A stretch of DNA of 64,000 nt from Chiloscyllium plagiosum (taxonomy: Eukaryota). Where the stretch lies: assembly GCF_004010195.1 (NCBI RefSeq), contig NC_057718.1, positions 103,509,946-103,573,945 on the forward strand. The letters run 5' to 3'. Shown piece by piece: positions 13,341-26,370 of this stretch (its first letter is position 1; each line of letters begins with the position of its first letter). Below the pieces are notes generated by a model. That model had not been told where the DNA came from, did no database searches, and saw nothing but the letters and a program-made list of their open reading frames with translations. A program made the translations under genes and the position numbers.

Positions 13341-13427
13341 CAGATTTCTGTGTCAGTCAATTCATGGTCACCATTACCAAGATTAGCTTTACACTCCAGA
13401 ATTTATAAAGTTAATTTAAATTCCACC

Positions 13428-13627
13428 GTTAAAAATCACACCACACCAGGTTATAGTCCAACAGGTTTAATTGGAAGCACACTAGCTTTCGAAGTGACGC
13501 TCCTTTCCTTCATCAGAGCGTTGCTCTGAAAGCTAGTGCTTCCAAATAAACCTGTTGGACTATAACCTGGTGTTGTGTGATTTTTAACTTTGTATACTCC
13601 AGTCCAACACCGGCATCTCCAAATCAC
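13428..13627. mobile_element. Fold-back insertion of a second PLE family, 11-bp TSD
   Basis: TSD TAAATTCCACC (13417-13427 and 13628-13638). Inverted arms gttaaaaatcaca...ctagctttc / gaaagctag...tgtgatttttaac. Minus-strand CTGATGA...GAAAGCTA at 13480-13516. Confidence 0.8.
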
Positions 13628-13798
13628 TAAATTCCACCAATTGCCATGGTAGGATAGGAACCCATGTACACTATTCTGGATCAGTGGTGCTGGAAGAGCA
13701 CAGCAATTCAGGCAGCATCCGAGGACAGGCAAAATCGACGTTTCGGTACCTTTTTACCCATGTACACTACGCATTAGCCTGGGATGTCTGAATAACTA

Positions 13799-14187
13799 CC
13801 TTACCATTAAGTGTATAAGTCCTGCTAAGATTTGCTTTCCCAAAATGCAGCACCTCACATTTATCTGAATTAAACTCCATCTGCCACTTCTCAGCCCATT
13901 GGCCCATCTGGTCCAGATCCTGTTGTAATCTGAGGTAACCCTCTTCGCTGTCCACTACACCTCCAATTTTGGTGTCATCTGCAAACTAACTAACTGTACC
14001 TCTTATGCTCGCATCCAAATCATTTATATAAATGACAAAAAGTAGAGGACCCAGCACCGATCCTTGTGGCACTCCACTAGTCACAGGCCTCCAGTCTGAA
14101 AAACAACCCTCCTCCACCACCCTCCGTCTTCTACCTTCAAGCTAGTTCTGTATCCAAATGGCTAGTTCTCCCTGTATTCCGTGAGGA
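13799..14187 (-). mobile_element. CR1 reverse-transcriptase internal fragment
   Basis: Minus strand encodes [24 protein letters not shown]...FADDTKIGG and LQQDLDQMGQWAEKWQMEFNSDKCEVLHFG. Confidence 0.9.
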
Positions 14188-15261
14188 AAACTAGTCCATT
14201 AGTTTACCACTAAACTACCATCTGACACCAAACAGAATCCTGGCTATCTATCTCCTACCTCTGAAATCATTGCTGACCTTGGAACCAAACCTCTGCAGAA
14301 GGTAAATGCATTATAGCAAGAAATAGCGAGGGTTAAAACAAAATAACAACCAATTTTCACTCATAGCATTTCCTTAGCAAAGATAATCATCTATAATTTT
14401 TGATATAATATTCTAAGTTATTACAGTTTTCACTTCAAAGCTTCTTAATCGTCATGAGTTAGGGAATTTTGTTTTTTTTATTTTGGGCATGCTCCTTCCA
14501 AACCTTTTCTGAGCCAGAGGTTTTACAAATTTCAATAACTAAAGTCATGTCCAGAGATTAAAGCCCAGAAAATCAATTTGTAACCTAATGGTTTGATATG
14601 TGTCATTTTCCAATGCTCTGTCTTCTGCGAAAAGGAGTCCACCTTACTTCCTTGCTTCACCAGATCCTGGACTCTTTATTTAACAATGTAAAACATATAG
14701 GTAGGATTATGTGGCATACAAAAACAGGTCATTCAGCCCAACTAGTTATGATCCTCCTTGGGCATCCTCTTATTTTTTTCTCTCTCATATAAATCTCTTC
14801 TCCCTCATTTGCTTGTCTGGTTTTGTCTGAAATCAAATATTATTCAAATTATCCCTAATCCCTGAGTTCTACCTTCACACCATTCTCTGGCACAGCGTTC
14901 CTTCTGAATTGTATTGGGTTACTTGGTGGCTATTTTACACTGATGCCTTATCATTATACTCTTCCAACCAAGAGGAGACAGTGCCTCCATAACCACTCCA
15001 TCAACACCTTTCATTATTTTATAGTCACCTATCAACCTTCTTTTGTCAAGAGAGAAAAAAACCTAGGTTGTCCATCCTTCCCCAACACAGATTTCTGGGA
15101 TTATCTTTATAAATCTTCCTGCACCAATGCTTTGCCTTGCTATCTTATCTATAATAAGACATCCCAAAATGAACATCGAAAGTGCACTCTAACCAAGGGT
15201 TATGACAGCTTTGTGGTTCAGTTCTCTCTCTCGAAGTAAAAACCCAGAGTTTGCTTCGCTA

Positions 15262-15403
15262 GACAGAGTCACCATAGTCTCAAAGGATTGCCTTCTCATT
15301 GGAAAGAGAGATAATTGGTGAGTTTAACCTGAGGCTTCCCACACCCCAGGTGTTACCCTACATCACAAACCAGCCGTTCAGCCAACTGAGCTAACTGAGC
15401 CCC
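15262..15403 (-). mobile_element. Degenerate tRNA-derived SINE (family C)
   Basis: The minus-strand head gggctcagttagctcagttggctgaacggctgg is tRNA-like. The body tttaacctgagg recurs at ~58695. Confidence 0.45.
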
Positions 15404-15649
15404 TGCGTTGCTTTCACATGACCTATCGCACAAATTCCAGTGACTGCTACAACGGTGCTCTGAGGAACATCAGCCAGTCAGGGGGAAACAGCCAATCACC
15501 TTCTGACAAGTGAAGGAGAGAGAGTCGGATGGATTCCAAAGTAGGTGTGCAATCCTCCCCACCCAGTTCTACTCAAAATACTCCACTCAGACAACCCTGT
15601 CCAGTGGAAAACAAGAAAGATCTGCCCTCTGTCATCCAACCATATCTCA

Positions 15650-15847
<198 letters not shown>

Positions 15848-18800
15848 TTAAAGCAATCTTTTGTTTTTGGTCATGTGAGACTTTCTGTAATGCTCCTTTA
15901 TACTACACGAAACCAGGAGATTTCCTTTTTTCCTTACATTCTTCAGCCGCACACAGTACAGGTAAATTCACCTTTGGGTGCTGTTCTGATCTCGCAGCAT
16001 TAATGATTAGAAAACTCAAAATAACTTTGTTCTCACTTTCTGACACTGGGACACAAGAGCAGTCTGGTTTGCAAAGTGCACGGAGTGGCAACTGACTTGT
16101 ACCTGGAACTCCTAAAAATCTACTCCTCCGTTCGGTGCAGCCCTAAACTCCATGACTTCTCCAACCCTTTATCAGTCACTTCAACATTCTGACAAAACGG
16201 CCATTTTCAATGCCCCCAATCCCCCTCCCCCTTCCTCGCTAGGATAACTAACTTACTCCTTGCTTTTCTTCATTGCTTACATTGAAAGGGGAGGCCAAAC
16301 AGTGCTATCTGTGCCCTGGTCTTATTGAAGTACAAAAGCTTGGCTGGAGACAGCTAGTACGGTCCAGTCATTCACCTCATCCTGGACTTGTACAATCCTC
16401 TGAATGTCTGCAGTGCAGCATTGCTGGAGAGCTATTGAACAAGGAACATTTCAGGCACAGACTCAAACCATCTGCCTGTCCTTACACTGGGTACATAATG
16501 CACAGTTTGGTTTGCACAAATGGCTTTAAAGTCCATGCCAGGATTGAGAGTTTGAGACCATTATTGCTCTCGCCTGATTCTTCACACTGCAGTTTATGAC
16601 AACACTGTATACAGTACACAGACAGTGCAGCCACATGGATTACTACAATTAACAATGAGGTAGTTATACAAAGCCAAGTGGTAAAAGATCCCACCTGTAG
16701 TGTGGGGAACAGGTACAAGTCATTAACACGTAGACTACTTCAGAAGTACTCGCCACAAGGACCCACATTCTCTTTCTAAATCTCCACAGCGAAAATTATG
16801 GCAGGGATGGAGTGTTGATTTTCAGTCCCCCCAACCAATTTATGCATCTAAACTTTAGCTTCAGTGCAGAATAAAACAAACATTGTTGGCACGCTTTTAC
16901 TTTCTCCTACGTCTACGGTGTTAATGAGCTGCCTAAATCTGTAAAGGCTAGCTTCTCCATTCTCAGACGAGGGGGTCGGGAAGTTAAAAGTGCCCTACTC
17001 GATTTGGAGTTTGGGCAGTTGTACATTTGTGCTTCTTGGATACAAATCCATGTGACTGACCGTCACCTCAGTAAGAGCTGAAAGTGAGAGTAAGGCCAGA
17101 AACCATGCAGAAGATTCTGTGCCAGTACAGCAGGGGGTGCCATTCTGAGGCAAAAGGTTACTCTGAGTGCAGAGGAACAGACAATGAATCTGTATTATTT
17201 CTGACCTGAAAGTGTATGAGGCAGACACTGCATGCAAAGTCTTGCATTTCCCCAGCTTTATTCCTGACTGGCATGAAAATTAGTAGCGAATGCGAAATGC
17301 AAACAATTTGCAAAGTTAATGGGGGCCTGAAAGTGCTTAAAAATAACAGCCAGAAATAGAGTGTCATTTACCGGAGTACACAAAAATACACTCGCTGCTT
17401 CATTAATAACGCATACTGCATACAGCACGTACTCTTGTACTGTCACTGAGTCAGAGGTGGATGCTGGGAGTTGAGAGGCAAAGGCAATTTATTTCCTCCT
17501 CATTATAATTTATTAAAAGAACAGGAACAGAGGAAAAAAAAATCAACAGCTGCTCAAATAGGAACATAAATACTGCAAACACTAGATTACTCATCACAAT
17601 TAAACATCGAAGTCATGGGTACAGATTATCGATCCACAATCTGTCACAGCATCCAATCTACTGGCATCCCCTCCCCCCCCCATCCTAATATTTCTGCACC
17701 AAACCTCTTTACATACAACTTTCCATTTGTGCCAAAAAAACCTTCAAATTCATTTACTAGTAATGCCCTACTGCCTCACTAGAGAAGGATTCATTGATAA
17801 TTTATGGAAATATCTACTATAATCCAGAGATGACTTTTTCCATCTTTGTGCATCAATAGAATAATCGAGGCTTTAAAACAGCCTTTGCTTCCCATTACCT
17901 CAGGCAAAAGAATTCCTGAAAGTATGCCTTCAGGGCACCTGAATTATATACACCATTAGGAGAAGGGAAGGCTTTCTGCATGCCATATAAAACACTCACC
18001 AGTACCTCTCCTGTTTCTCTCATGTCGTGAAAGCACCAACACACGAGATACAGAAATTTTAAGTAAAGACTTATATAAAAGTTTCTGCCATTTAATCGAC
18101 ATATGTATTTGATGGGAGGACGATAAGCCTCTCAATCAATCTGTAAAGAATGATTTACCCCAAACAACTGGCCTCCGTCACATCATTAGTCCCAGGCCCC
18201 CCAAAGAACATGGTTCAACTTTCATGCACAGTTTGCTCTTCCTCCTGTTAGCAGGCAGAGGACGTTTGCTTTCATCGGGGAGGGGAAAATCACGCTGCCG
18301 GCTTGTAATCGAACACAAGATTCTCATTGCGAGCAAATGCTTTCAAATCCTCGGCTTCAGAGGTGGCAAACAGAAATGGTTAGATAACTCAGCTTCTCTG
18401 GGGGGGTGAGTCGAAGGTGTGGGTAAGAGCCGCACCTGCACAGGTGCCAACGGAAGTTACTCTCTCCACAGACATGTTTCTGCCTCATTTTTATTGCTCC
18501 TTTTTAAACACTGTTTTAAAAAAAAACTTTTCTCGTGCACTGACCTCTGAGAGCTTAAACCTTGGAGAAAACTCGAGCATCAATTTTATTGGCATTCCCA
18601 TTTTCGCTGTAATTTGATAGCGTCTCTGTGAGGTCTGGGGCTAATTTCTTTTTCTCTTTTTCTCTCTCTCTCTCTTCAGACTCCAAGCTCACTCACAGAG
18701 TGCCATATGGCAGCAGCTACAGGCCACATTTGCAAAATATCAGCGCTGACTTCATTTCTCGCTCTGACTTGCCCCCGTCTTCCAAAGCAAAGGTGAATTA

Positions 18801-19161
18801 TGAAGGGAAAACTGAAAAGGTGGAAATAATCACAGAAATGATGCTAGTCCATAAACAAGCTTACAGCCTCATTAGTACAGCAGCAGGCTCCTCTGGCTGA
18901 TTTATGCTTGGGGTTTTTTTTCCTCTGCTGATGCCATGAGGAAATGCCACAGGGCAACTGGCTGCCAACTGCTAACAGCTTCTGACAGATTCCGAGCGAC
19001 TAGTGTGAGCTGTGTTTCAGCCGTGACAGGAACTCAGAATGTCATCTCATCCACCCAGGTGTCACCCACCCCGTGTGGCCATTAAGCGGGCGGCCAACAA
19101 GGGAGACGGCTGCAGGCATTTTTCAATCGCCCCTGGCTATTTTGGAATGGGGAGGGGGGGG

Positions 19162-19983
19162 NNNNNNNNNNNNNNNNNNNNNNNNNNNNNNNNNNNNNNN
19201 NNNNNNNNNNNNNNNNNNNNNNNNNNNNNNNNNNNNNNNNNNNNNNNNNNNNNNNNNNNNNNNNNNNNNNNNNNNNNNNNNNNNNNNNNNNNNNNNNNNN
19301 NNNNNNNNNNNNNNNNNNNNNNNNNNNNNNNNNNNNNNNNNNNNNNNNNNNNNNNNNNNNNNNNNNNNNNNNNNNNNNNNNNNNNNNNNNNNNNNNNNNN
19401 NNNNNNNNNNNNNNNNNNNNNNNNNNNNNNNNNNNNNNNNNNNNNNNNNNNNNNNNNNNNNNNNNNNNNNNNNNNNNNNNNNNNNNNNNNNNNNNNNNNN
19501 NNNNNNNNNNNNNNNNNNNNNNNNNNNNNNNNNNNNNNNNNNNNNNNNNNNNNNNNNNNNNNNNNNNNNNNNNNNNNNNNNNNNNNNNNNNNNNNNNNNN
19601 NNNNNNNNNNNNNNNNNNNNNNNNNNNNNNNNNNNNNNNNNNNNNNNNNNNNNNNNNNNNNNNNNNNNNNNNNNNNNNNNNNNNNNNNNNNNNNNNNNNN
19701 NNNNNNNNNNNNNNNNNNNNNNNNNNNNNNNNNNNNNNNNNNNNNNNNNNNNNNNNNNNNNNNNNNNNNNNNNNNNNNNNNNNNNNNNNNNNNNNNNNNN
19801 NNNNNNNNNNNNNNNNNNNNNNNNNNNNNNNNNNNNNNNNNNNNNNNNNNNNNNNNNNNNNNNNNNNNNNNNNNNNNNNNNNNNNNNNNNNNNNNNNNNN
19901 NNNNNNNNNNNNNNNNNNNNNNNNNNNNNNNNNNNNNNNNNNNNNNNNNNNNNNNNNNNNNNNNNNNNNNNNNNNNNNNNNNN
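19162..19983. other. Assembly gap (N run)
   Basis: Run of N flanked by G-rich sequence on both sides. Confidence 1.
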
Positions 19984-20082
19984 GGGTGGTAGGTGTTGGA
20001 GGGGAGGGGTGAAGATTGGGGATGTGGGGGGTGGTAGGTGTGGGAGGGGAGGGGTGGAGATTGGGGGATGTGGGGATGGGGT
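19984..20082 (+). repeat. G-rich tandem repeat, ~45-bp unit, 2 copies visible
   Basis: gggtggtaggtgt(t/g)ggaggggaggggtg(a/g)agattgggg(g)atgtggg occurs twice next to the gap. Confidence 0.7.
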
Positions 20083-21869
20083 CACACAGACATTGCAATC
20101 TCTGCTCACATATGAGCGAGCCAGCATCAGCCCACTGCTCCTGCCGACCTTCTGATAAGGTTGATCCATTCAAACGGACTGGAGCTCCCCTTCCCATCTC
20201 CGTGGGCGCAGTGTGACATTATCAGATGAATTTAGGCTAATCTCTTTCGATATCGGAGGCTCTGGAACGCCACTTTAATTGTCCATATCTGATCCCATTT
20301 ATTGCCGAGTCAAGGTGCGAACTGCCCTTGTGCTCTTCACAATTTGGTCAAAAATATGATTTAAAATCAGCAGAGCTGACACACATTGCTGTTTTACAGC
20401 TGTGAGCAGTAGCGGAAACAAAAATAAAGCACAACAAACATGCCTTATTTAAGAATGCCATTGGATCAGTCGCAAATACTGCTGAGACACGGTCCTCGCA
20501 ATTCAATTTTCTAGTAATGAAGAGCATGAACTGTAAGTCAAAACTGTCAAACCTTTCATCACACTGGCTTGCCCTTTGAAAAATTTTTTTTAGAATTGTT
20601 TTTACAAAATTTTATAGGCCATGGTCTGGTGAAAGAGGCCAGTCAGTAGAGAAAGGAATTTGTATTACAATTCAACCATGGGCAATTTCTTATAAGGTCT
20701 GTGCCTATCCCCATGGAGGGCAGCAGGTGACCTGTTCAGCTTTTAGTCTGTCGGATTGCTCAGATTTCAAACACCCACTCAGCTCAAACATTGCACAGTT
20801 GTCCATTTAAGCATGCCCAGGCATTTAGGCCTCTCTATCTTGTTCCTTTCAAGAAAAGATAAAGCAGCATTTATCGTATTCAGACCATTCAATGGGTCAG
20901 AATGGTTATGTCTGCAGGGGTTCTCCTTCACACAGGTCAAAGCATTCTTCCTCCCTCCTTCCCAAAATCTAGCCACGCTATAAAAATATTTTAGTTGTCT
21001 TTTCTTTCATGGCTGCAAATGTGTTACACTCCTGTATTTTTTTAACAATGTGTGCATGTTTTCTGCGTTATATTTTAGCCTCTGTTTACTTTTTATCTGC
21101 AGGGTTTAAGATTAGCTTCAAAGAAATTAATCCAAATTTATATCCTAATATATTATTTATTCCGTTTGGCAATTTTTGTGACATTTGTCTTGCCTGAACT
21201 GCCAAGAAATGTGAATAAAATACGGTTCTTTTAAGGCTGTCCTTTTATATTTTTGCTAGTCATCGGAAAATTGGGACTTTATCCCCAACAAACTCTTAAA
21301 CTAAGTTAGAAGCATCGAGTGCTATAGGCACTGATCTTTCCTAAGCTGTTGTCTTTGACTATTGAAATAACCCAGTTCACTATGAATGAGTTTCGCTGAT
21401 AAATTGTAGCAAACGATGTCTCATTCGGTTTCCTGGATAAATGCTGTTTAAAAACAGCAGTCTCATTTGTCCGGTCACACAGCACTAGCATTATCTCAAA
21501 GCCCCGCAGCCACTCGGGTATGAATACATTAGACTCGAGGATCTGGTCATGAGCCTGAGCAGGGCAAACAGCCAAATGGCTGGGCAATGTTTCCTTTTCC
21601 TGCCACCACACTGCAGTGTGTGAACGATAGGATTCTGTCCTCTCCCTATTTTGGCTGACACTGCACCTCAACAGCAGATTTTCTGGCAAAAAGACCAAAA
21701 GATGTGGAGACCATTCACCTCTGGATGACCCCTTAAAGGCTATCTGCCTATCACTGTAATATTGCAGTCAAGAGAGGAAAAAAATGAGTTTAGCGTGGTT
21801 TAGCAAACTCTGCTATCGACAGATTTAATCATTTTATTATCCTGCAAAAGGATTTCTTTTAAAGATATA

Positions 21870-22935
21870 TTTGTTCATGGGATAAGGACTTTGCTGGTTA
21901 GGCCTGTATTTACTGTTCAGCCCTAATTGCCCAGAGGGCTGTTAGGAACCACCACATTACTGAGGGTCATGTAGATCTGACCAGGTAAGGACAGCAGATT
22001 TCCTTCCCTAAAAGACATTAGTGAACCAGACAGATTTTTACAACAGTGGATGATGGTCAGCTGATTTTTTTAATTCCAAATTACATCAACTATATTTAAA
22101 TGTCATCAGATGCCATGGTGAGACAAACTAAATTAAGAGGACTTATTTTTCAAATAGATTCTTACCGCTGCAAAGGGAGAAGGCAATTCGAAATTAGTTT
22201 ACCAAGAAAGTTTCATGAGATACACCATTGTTAGTGGAGGTGACTGACCATCAGCCAATCACAAAATGCGATAATATCTGTGCCCCAAAGTTGTTTATGT
22301 CATGTTTAGATGATACAATAATGTTGCTTATACTATTTTCTGGCATCGTTCTGTATTTTGGTTGTGGACTGAAAGCTAAGTGAAAGGGCATTCGATGTGT
22401 ATATGTTTTGTTTAGATACAGGATGTGGGTGTCACTGGCTGAGCCAGCATTTATTGCCGATCCCTAGTTGCCCCTTGAGAAGATGGTGGCAACTTGCCAT
22501 CTCGAGCCGCTGCACCCCAGTTCCCTTTTTGAGACCATTCAGTGGTTGAAACAACTAAATGACGTGCGAGGCCATTTCAGAGGGCACCAGCAACTTCAGC
22601 TCACCACCACCTTCTCAAGGGCAACGAGCGGTAGGTAATAAATGATGTTCTGCCAGTGACGCCCATATGCAAGAGTAAATTTTACAAGAAAACACAAGTC
22701 AATGGCCTACAGTCATAAATAGGTCAGACCAGATTTCCTCCCCTAAGGTGAGCCAACTGGATTTTTTACAACATTCAGTAATTGTTTCATGATGATCGTT
22801 GGATTTTCAACTCCAGATTGTTACTGAATTCAGGACCCACCATCTGTCATGGTGGAATTATAAATCTGTGCTGAGAACATTATCCTGGATCTCCAGATTA
22901 CTAGTCCAGTGACAATACCACTGGTACCACTGTAC
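21870..22935 (-). mobile_element. Two degenerate SINE family B copies with LINE-B tail pieces
   Basis: Family B motifs at 21870-22125 and 22415-22935. Confidence 0.55.
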
Positions 22936-23446
22936 CACCTAATGGGATGGGGGGGGGGAATAATTGACATGGGGAGGGACTCAAGGCACAGCAAACAAAC
23001 CCTGGTCAAACAGCTCATCAATGCAAACAAGCTACAGACTCGAGGTATAAAGAGAACCTACAAGTTACAGCACACAAAACTCATGCCCAAAACTGCAACA
23101 ACAACTTCTGATAAATGCAGAGCAAAGTGGGGACACAGCAGATTAAATGGATTGGTCCTTACATCAGTCAGGGCTAGGCTCAATGGGCTGAATGGCTTCC
23201 TTCTGTGCTGGACTATTTGATGATTTGTTTCCAATGAAATGCACCAACAAAAGGCGAGGTAAGTACAAATGATGCAGGATTGTATGATTGGCAAGGAGAC
23301 CCAGTTTACTCCATCATCTGCAATCTGCCTAGGAACAGTAATGTCAATACGAGCAAGCCTGACTCTTCTCTCTCTTTCTCGACCCCTGGCACCCCCTCCA
23401 AATACCTTCTAGGGATCTCAGTCCATAACCACAGAACTGAAACATT

Positions 23447-23752
23447 TGGTACAGTAGCTCAGTGGTTAGCCCGGCTGCCTCACAGCACCAGCGACCTGGT
23501 TTGATTCCACCCCTGGGCAATTGTATGTGTGGAGGTTACACATTCTCCCCGTGTCTATGTGGGTTTTGTCCGGGTGCTCCAGTTTTCTCCCACAGTCCAA
23601 AGATATGTAGGTTAGGTGATTGGCCATGCCAAATTATGCCATGGTGTGCAGGCTGGGTGTGAAAGGCAGGATTACAGGTATAGGGTAGGGGTGGGTGGGT
23701 CTAGGTGTGTATTCAGAGGGTCAGTGTGGACATGATGGGCTGAATGGCCTGC
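23447..23752 (+). mobile_element. HE1-like V-SINE (diverged)
   Basis: ggtacagtagctcagtggttagc head, V-domain and gggctgaatggcctgc end. Confidence 0.8.
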
Positions 23753-25669
23753 TCAGATCAGTGCACAGACATCCATGTAACAAGTATCCTTCGTGAAGCA
23801 AAGTCTGGACTCTGATTAAAGCAATGAGTACTTATACTATCTTTATTCACAATAGCAGCAAAACTACTACAGACGTTCCCTTGTATGAGTCCACATTGCT
23901 CATTTGCACACATGCTTTTTTTTAACAATCAATTTATTACAAAGAGTTTCTCTCACAGTTTATATCGCACCCAACATTCTAGATAGGCATTGCACAGCTG
24001 ATGTACTGAAGACACTTACTGGAAATCAATGCTGAAGCTGCTTCACATTTTAAGAGCTATATCATGTTCATTGTGCCTCACATGCTTTCAACCTTCTCTG
24101 TACAGTTATTGAAAAGATCAGCAACTTTAGCACAAAGTTCACATACTTCAAACTGCTAAACAACCCCGGAAAAATAGCAGTAATGTTTTTTGTTAATTAC
24201 CTTTTCTAAAATAAACATCCTCATCCTCTGCAAAAGATATATGTGACTTTCTTTTCATCGAATATTAGTATCTTTTTAATTATTGTCTTATGGAAAGCTT
24301 TGTGCAAGGTCACACTTAAATATGCCAGTCTATGGTTTGCAGTTCACAATTTTAATTACCTCCACCAATAGCAGCGTGCCTGAACTCTAGACTCCTTGAA
24401 TCTCCCAGTCTCTCTCTCTCTCTCTCATGTCCTTTATGATGCACTTTTAAAACCGCCTCTTTAATCAAGCTTTCAGCTCTCTACCCCATTAGCCATTTCT
24501 ACAGCTCAGTGTCAAGTTTTACCTCTTAATGTTCCTATATAGTTTTTTGAGATGTTTAACTGCACTCAATTAAAAATAGGTTTCTCAAGAGGCTAGAATC
24601 AGGGGGAGCGTGGATTAAACATGAGGCTGAAGGGGGTTAGAGATATGGAGAAAAGTGAGGACACAAAGGGGTTTGAAAACAAGCATGAGAATTGCATCCC
24701 ACTATTGCTTCCTAAACACCTATTTTTTTCAGAACATTAAGCTCTTGGAGGGCTATTTGACTTTGACTTTGTTGGCATGAAACCACAACTAGTCAGTACC
24801 AGGTGGTTCTTATACCTTTCTCTACTTGTATTCTCAAAGTCCAACTACAGGTATTTGCTTCCAAAATTAGGAAGGTTTTTTTAAACTGTAGGAGCTCCTG
24901 CGCGTTAACTGTTTACAAAAAGGATTAATTAATGGGAAAAAATATCAATTCACAGAAATGTTTACACCAATTTGTTTTTGTTGGTGTCACAGCTTTTCTT
25001 GGTTGAAAAATCAATTTTTTTTTAAATTTAGGGTGGGGGGGTGGTTTCAGGAACTCCCTCTGCTGTTTTGACAGGATTGCCTGTGGCTGAATGGCTCTGT
25101 GCAAGTCTGGACTATGCATCCCACCAGTTCTGTATATTCCCAGCTTAGTATTCATCTCCAGGGATCCAGCTCCACGCTGTGAACATTATTTCAGCTCCAA
25201 ACCCAGGTGCAGGTCACCCTGATTTCTGCAGCAGTGGACTTGGTCTGGGAAGGTGACAATGTTGTATGAAACATACAACAACAACCCACATTCATGCAGT
25301 GCCTTCAAAATGGCAAAATCCTATTTTCCCCCCGCCAGGGCGTTCCACTTGGGGCCATCTGGTGAAATCTTCAGGGTGGGGACTGGGGTTAAAGTAGCAC
25401 CCACCCCCTCACAACATTAAATGAGACAAATGCTGCATTTCGTTTGTTCAGTTCCATCCAAAAGGATGTGAAGCCATGGCTTGTGAGCATGTTTTCTGAC
25501 ACATTGTTAAAGTGTGCTCTCCCCGACACGGAGGTGCATAACATGAACTTTTTGAGATAATATAAAAATCCCCTTTTGCTTTGAAAAAAGGGAATCTTCA
25601 ACTTTTGTCCCTACAGCTGCCCAGACCGGAACCATCTTCAGGATAGTCTCTGACATTTTTCGGATTGCA

Positions 25670-26045
25670 GTTTCATATGAACAGAGAAAATAGGAATAGG
25701 CCATTCGGTCCTTCGAGCCTGCTCTGCCATTCAACATGATCACGGTTGATCATCCATTTCAGTCCCCTGTCCCCCTTTCTCCCCATACCCTTTGATCCCA
25801 TTCACCCTAAGAACTATATCCAACTCCTTCTTGGAAACATCCAATGTTTTGGCCTCACCCGCTTTCAGTGGTAGGGAATTCCACAGGTTCCCCACTCTCT
25901 GGGTGAAGATATTTCACCTCATTTCAGACAAAAATGGCCTCCTCCGTGACCTTAACCTGTGACCCTGGTTCCAAACTCCCTGGAGATTGGGAACTTCCTC
26001 CTGTCTAGTCCTGGTGGAATTTTATAGATTGTTTTCAGATTCCCT
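25670..26045 (-). mobile_element. CR1 LINE 3' fragment
   Basis: Antisense CR1 3' UTR (taggccattcggtccttcgagcctgctc) and ORF2 end. It probably resumes after the SINE to ~26540. Confidence 0.7.
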
Positions 26046-26062
26046 TCTTGTTTTTTAGCAAG

Positions 26063-26370
26063 AGTGGTGGCACAGTGGCTCAGTGGTTAGCACTGCTGCC
26101 TCACAGTGCCAGGGAGCCAAGTTCAATTCCAGCCTTGATCTACCATCTTCCAGTCTTTGTGGAGTTTGCGCATTCACCCTGTGTCTGCGTGGGGCTGCTC
26201 CGGTTTCCTCCCACAATCCAAAGATGTGCAGGTCAGGTGAACTGGCTGTGCTAAGTTACCCCTAGTTTTAGGTGCACTAGTCAGAGGGAAATGGGTCTGG
26301 GTGGGTTACTCTTCGGAAGGTTGGTATGGACTTGTTGGGCCAAATTTCCACACTGTAGGGAATCTAACCT
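26063..26370 (+). mobile_element. HE1-like V-SINE
   Basis: tRNA head, V-domain and ccacactgtagggaatct tail. Confidence 0.85.

Larger units (their letters stand above)
13005..14225 (-). mobile_element. SINE family B copy fragmented by four nested insertions
   Basis: SINE sequence resumes in order after the inserts at 13211-13340, 13428-13627, 13674-13755 and ~13799-14187. Confidence 0.7.

Noticed and set aside
19039..20197. Long ORFs of 317-371 aa
   Set aside because: Artefacts of translating through the N gap.
20708..20730. CTCF-like motif CCCATGGAGGGCAGCAG
   Set aside because: Several mismatches in the 5' half of the core; it cannot be supported without a PWM scan or ChIP data.
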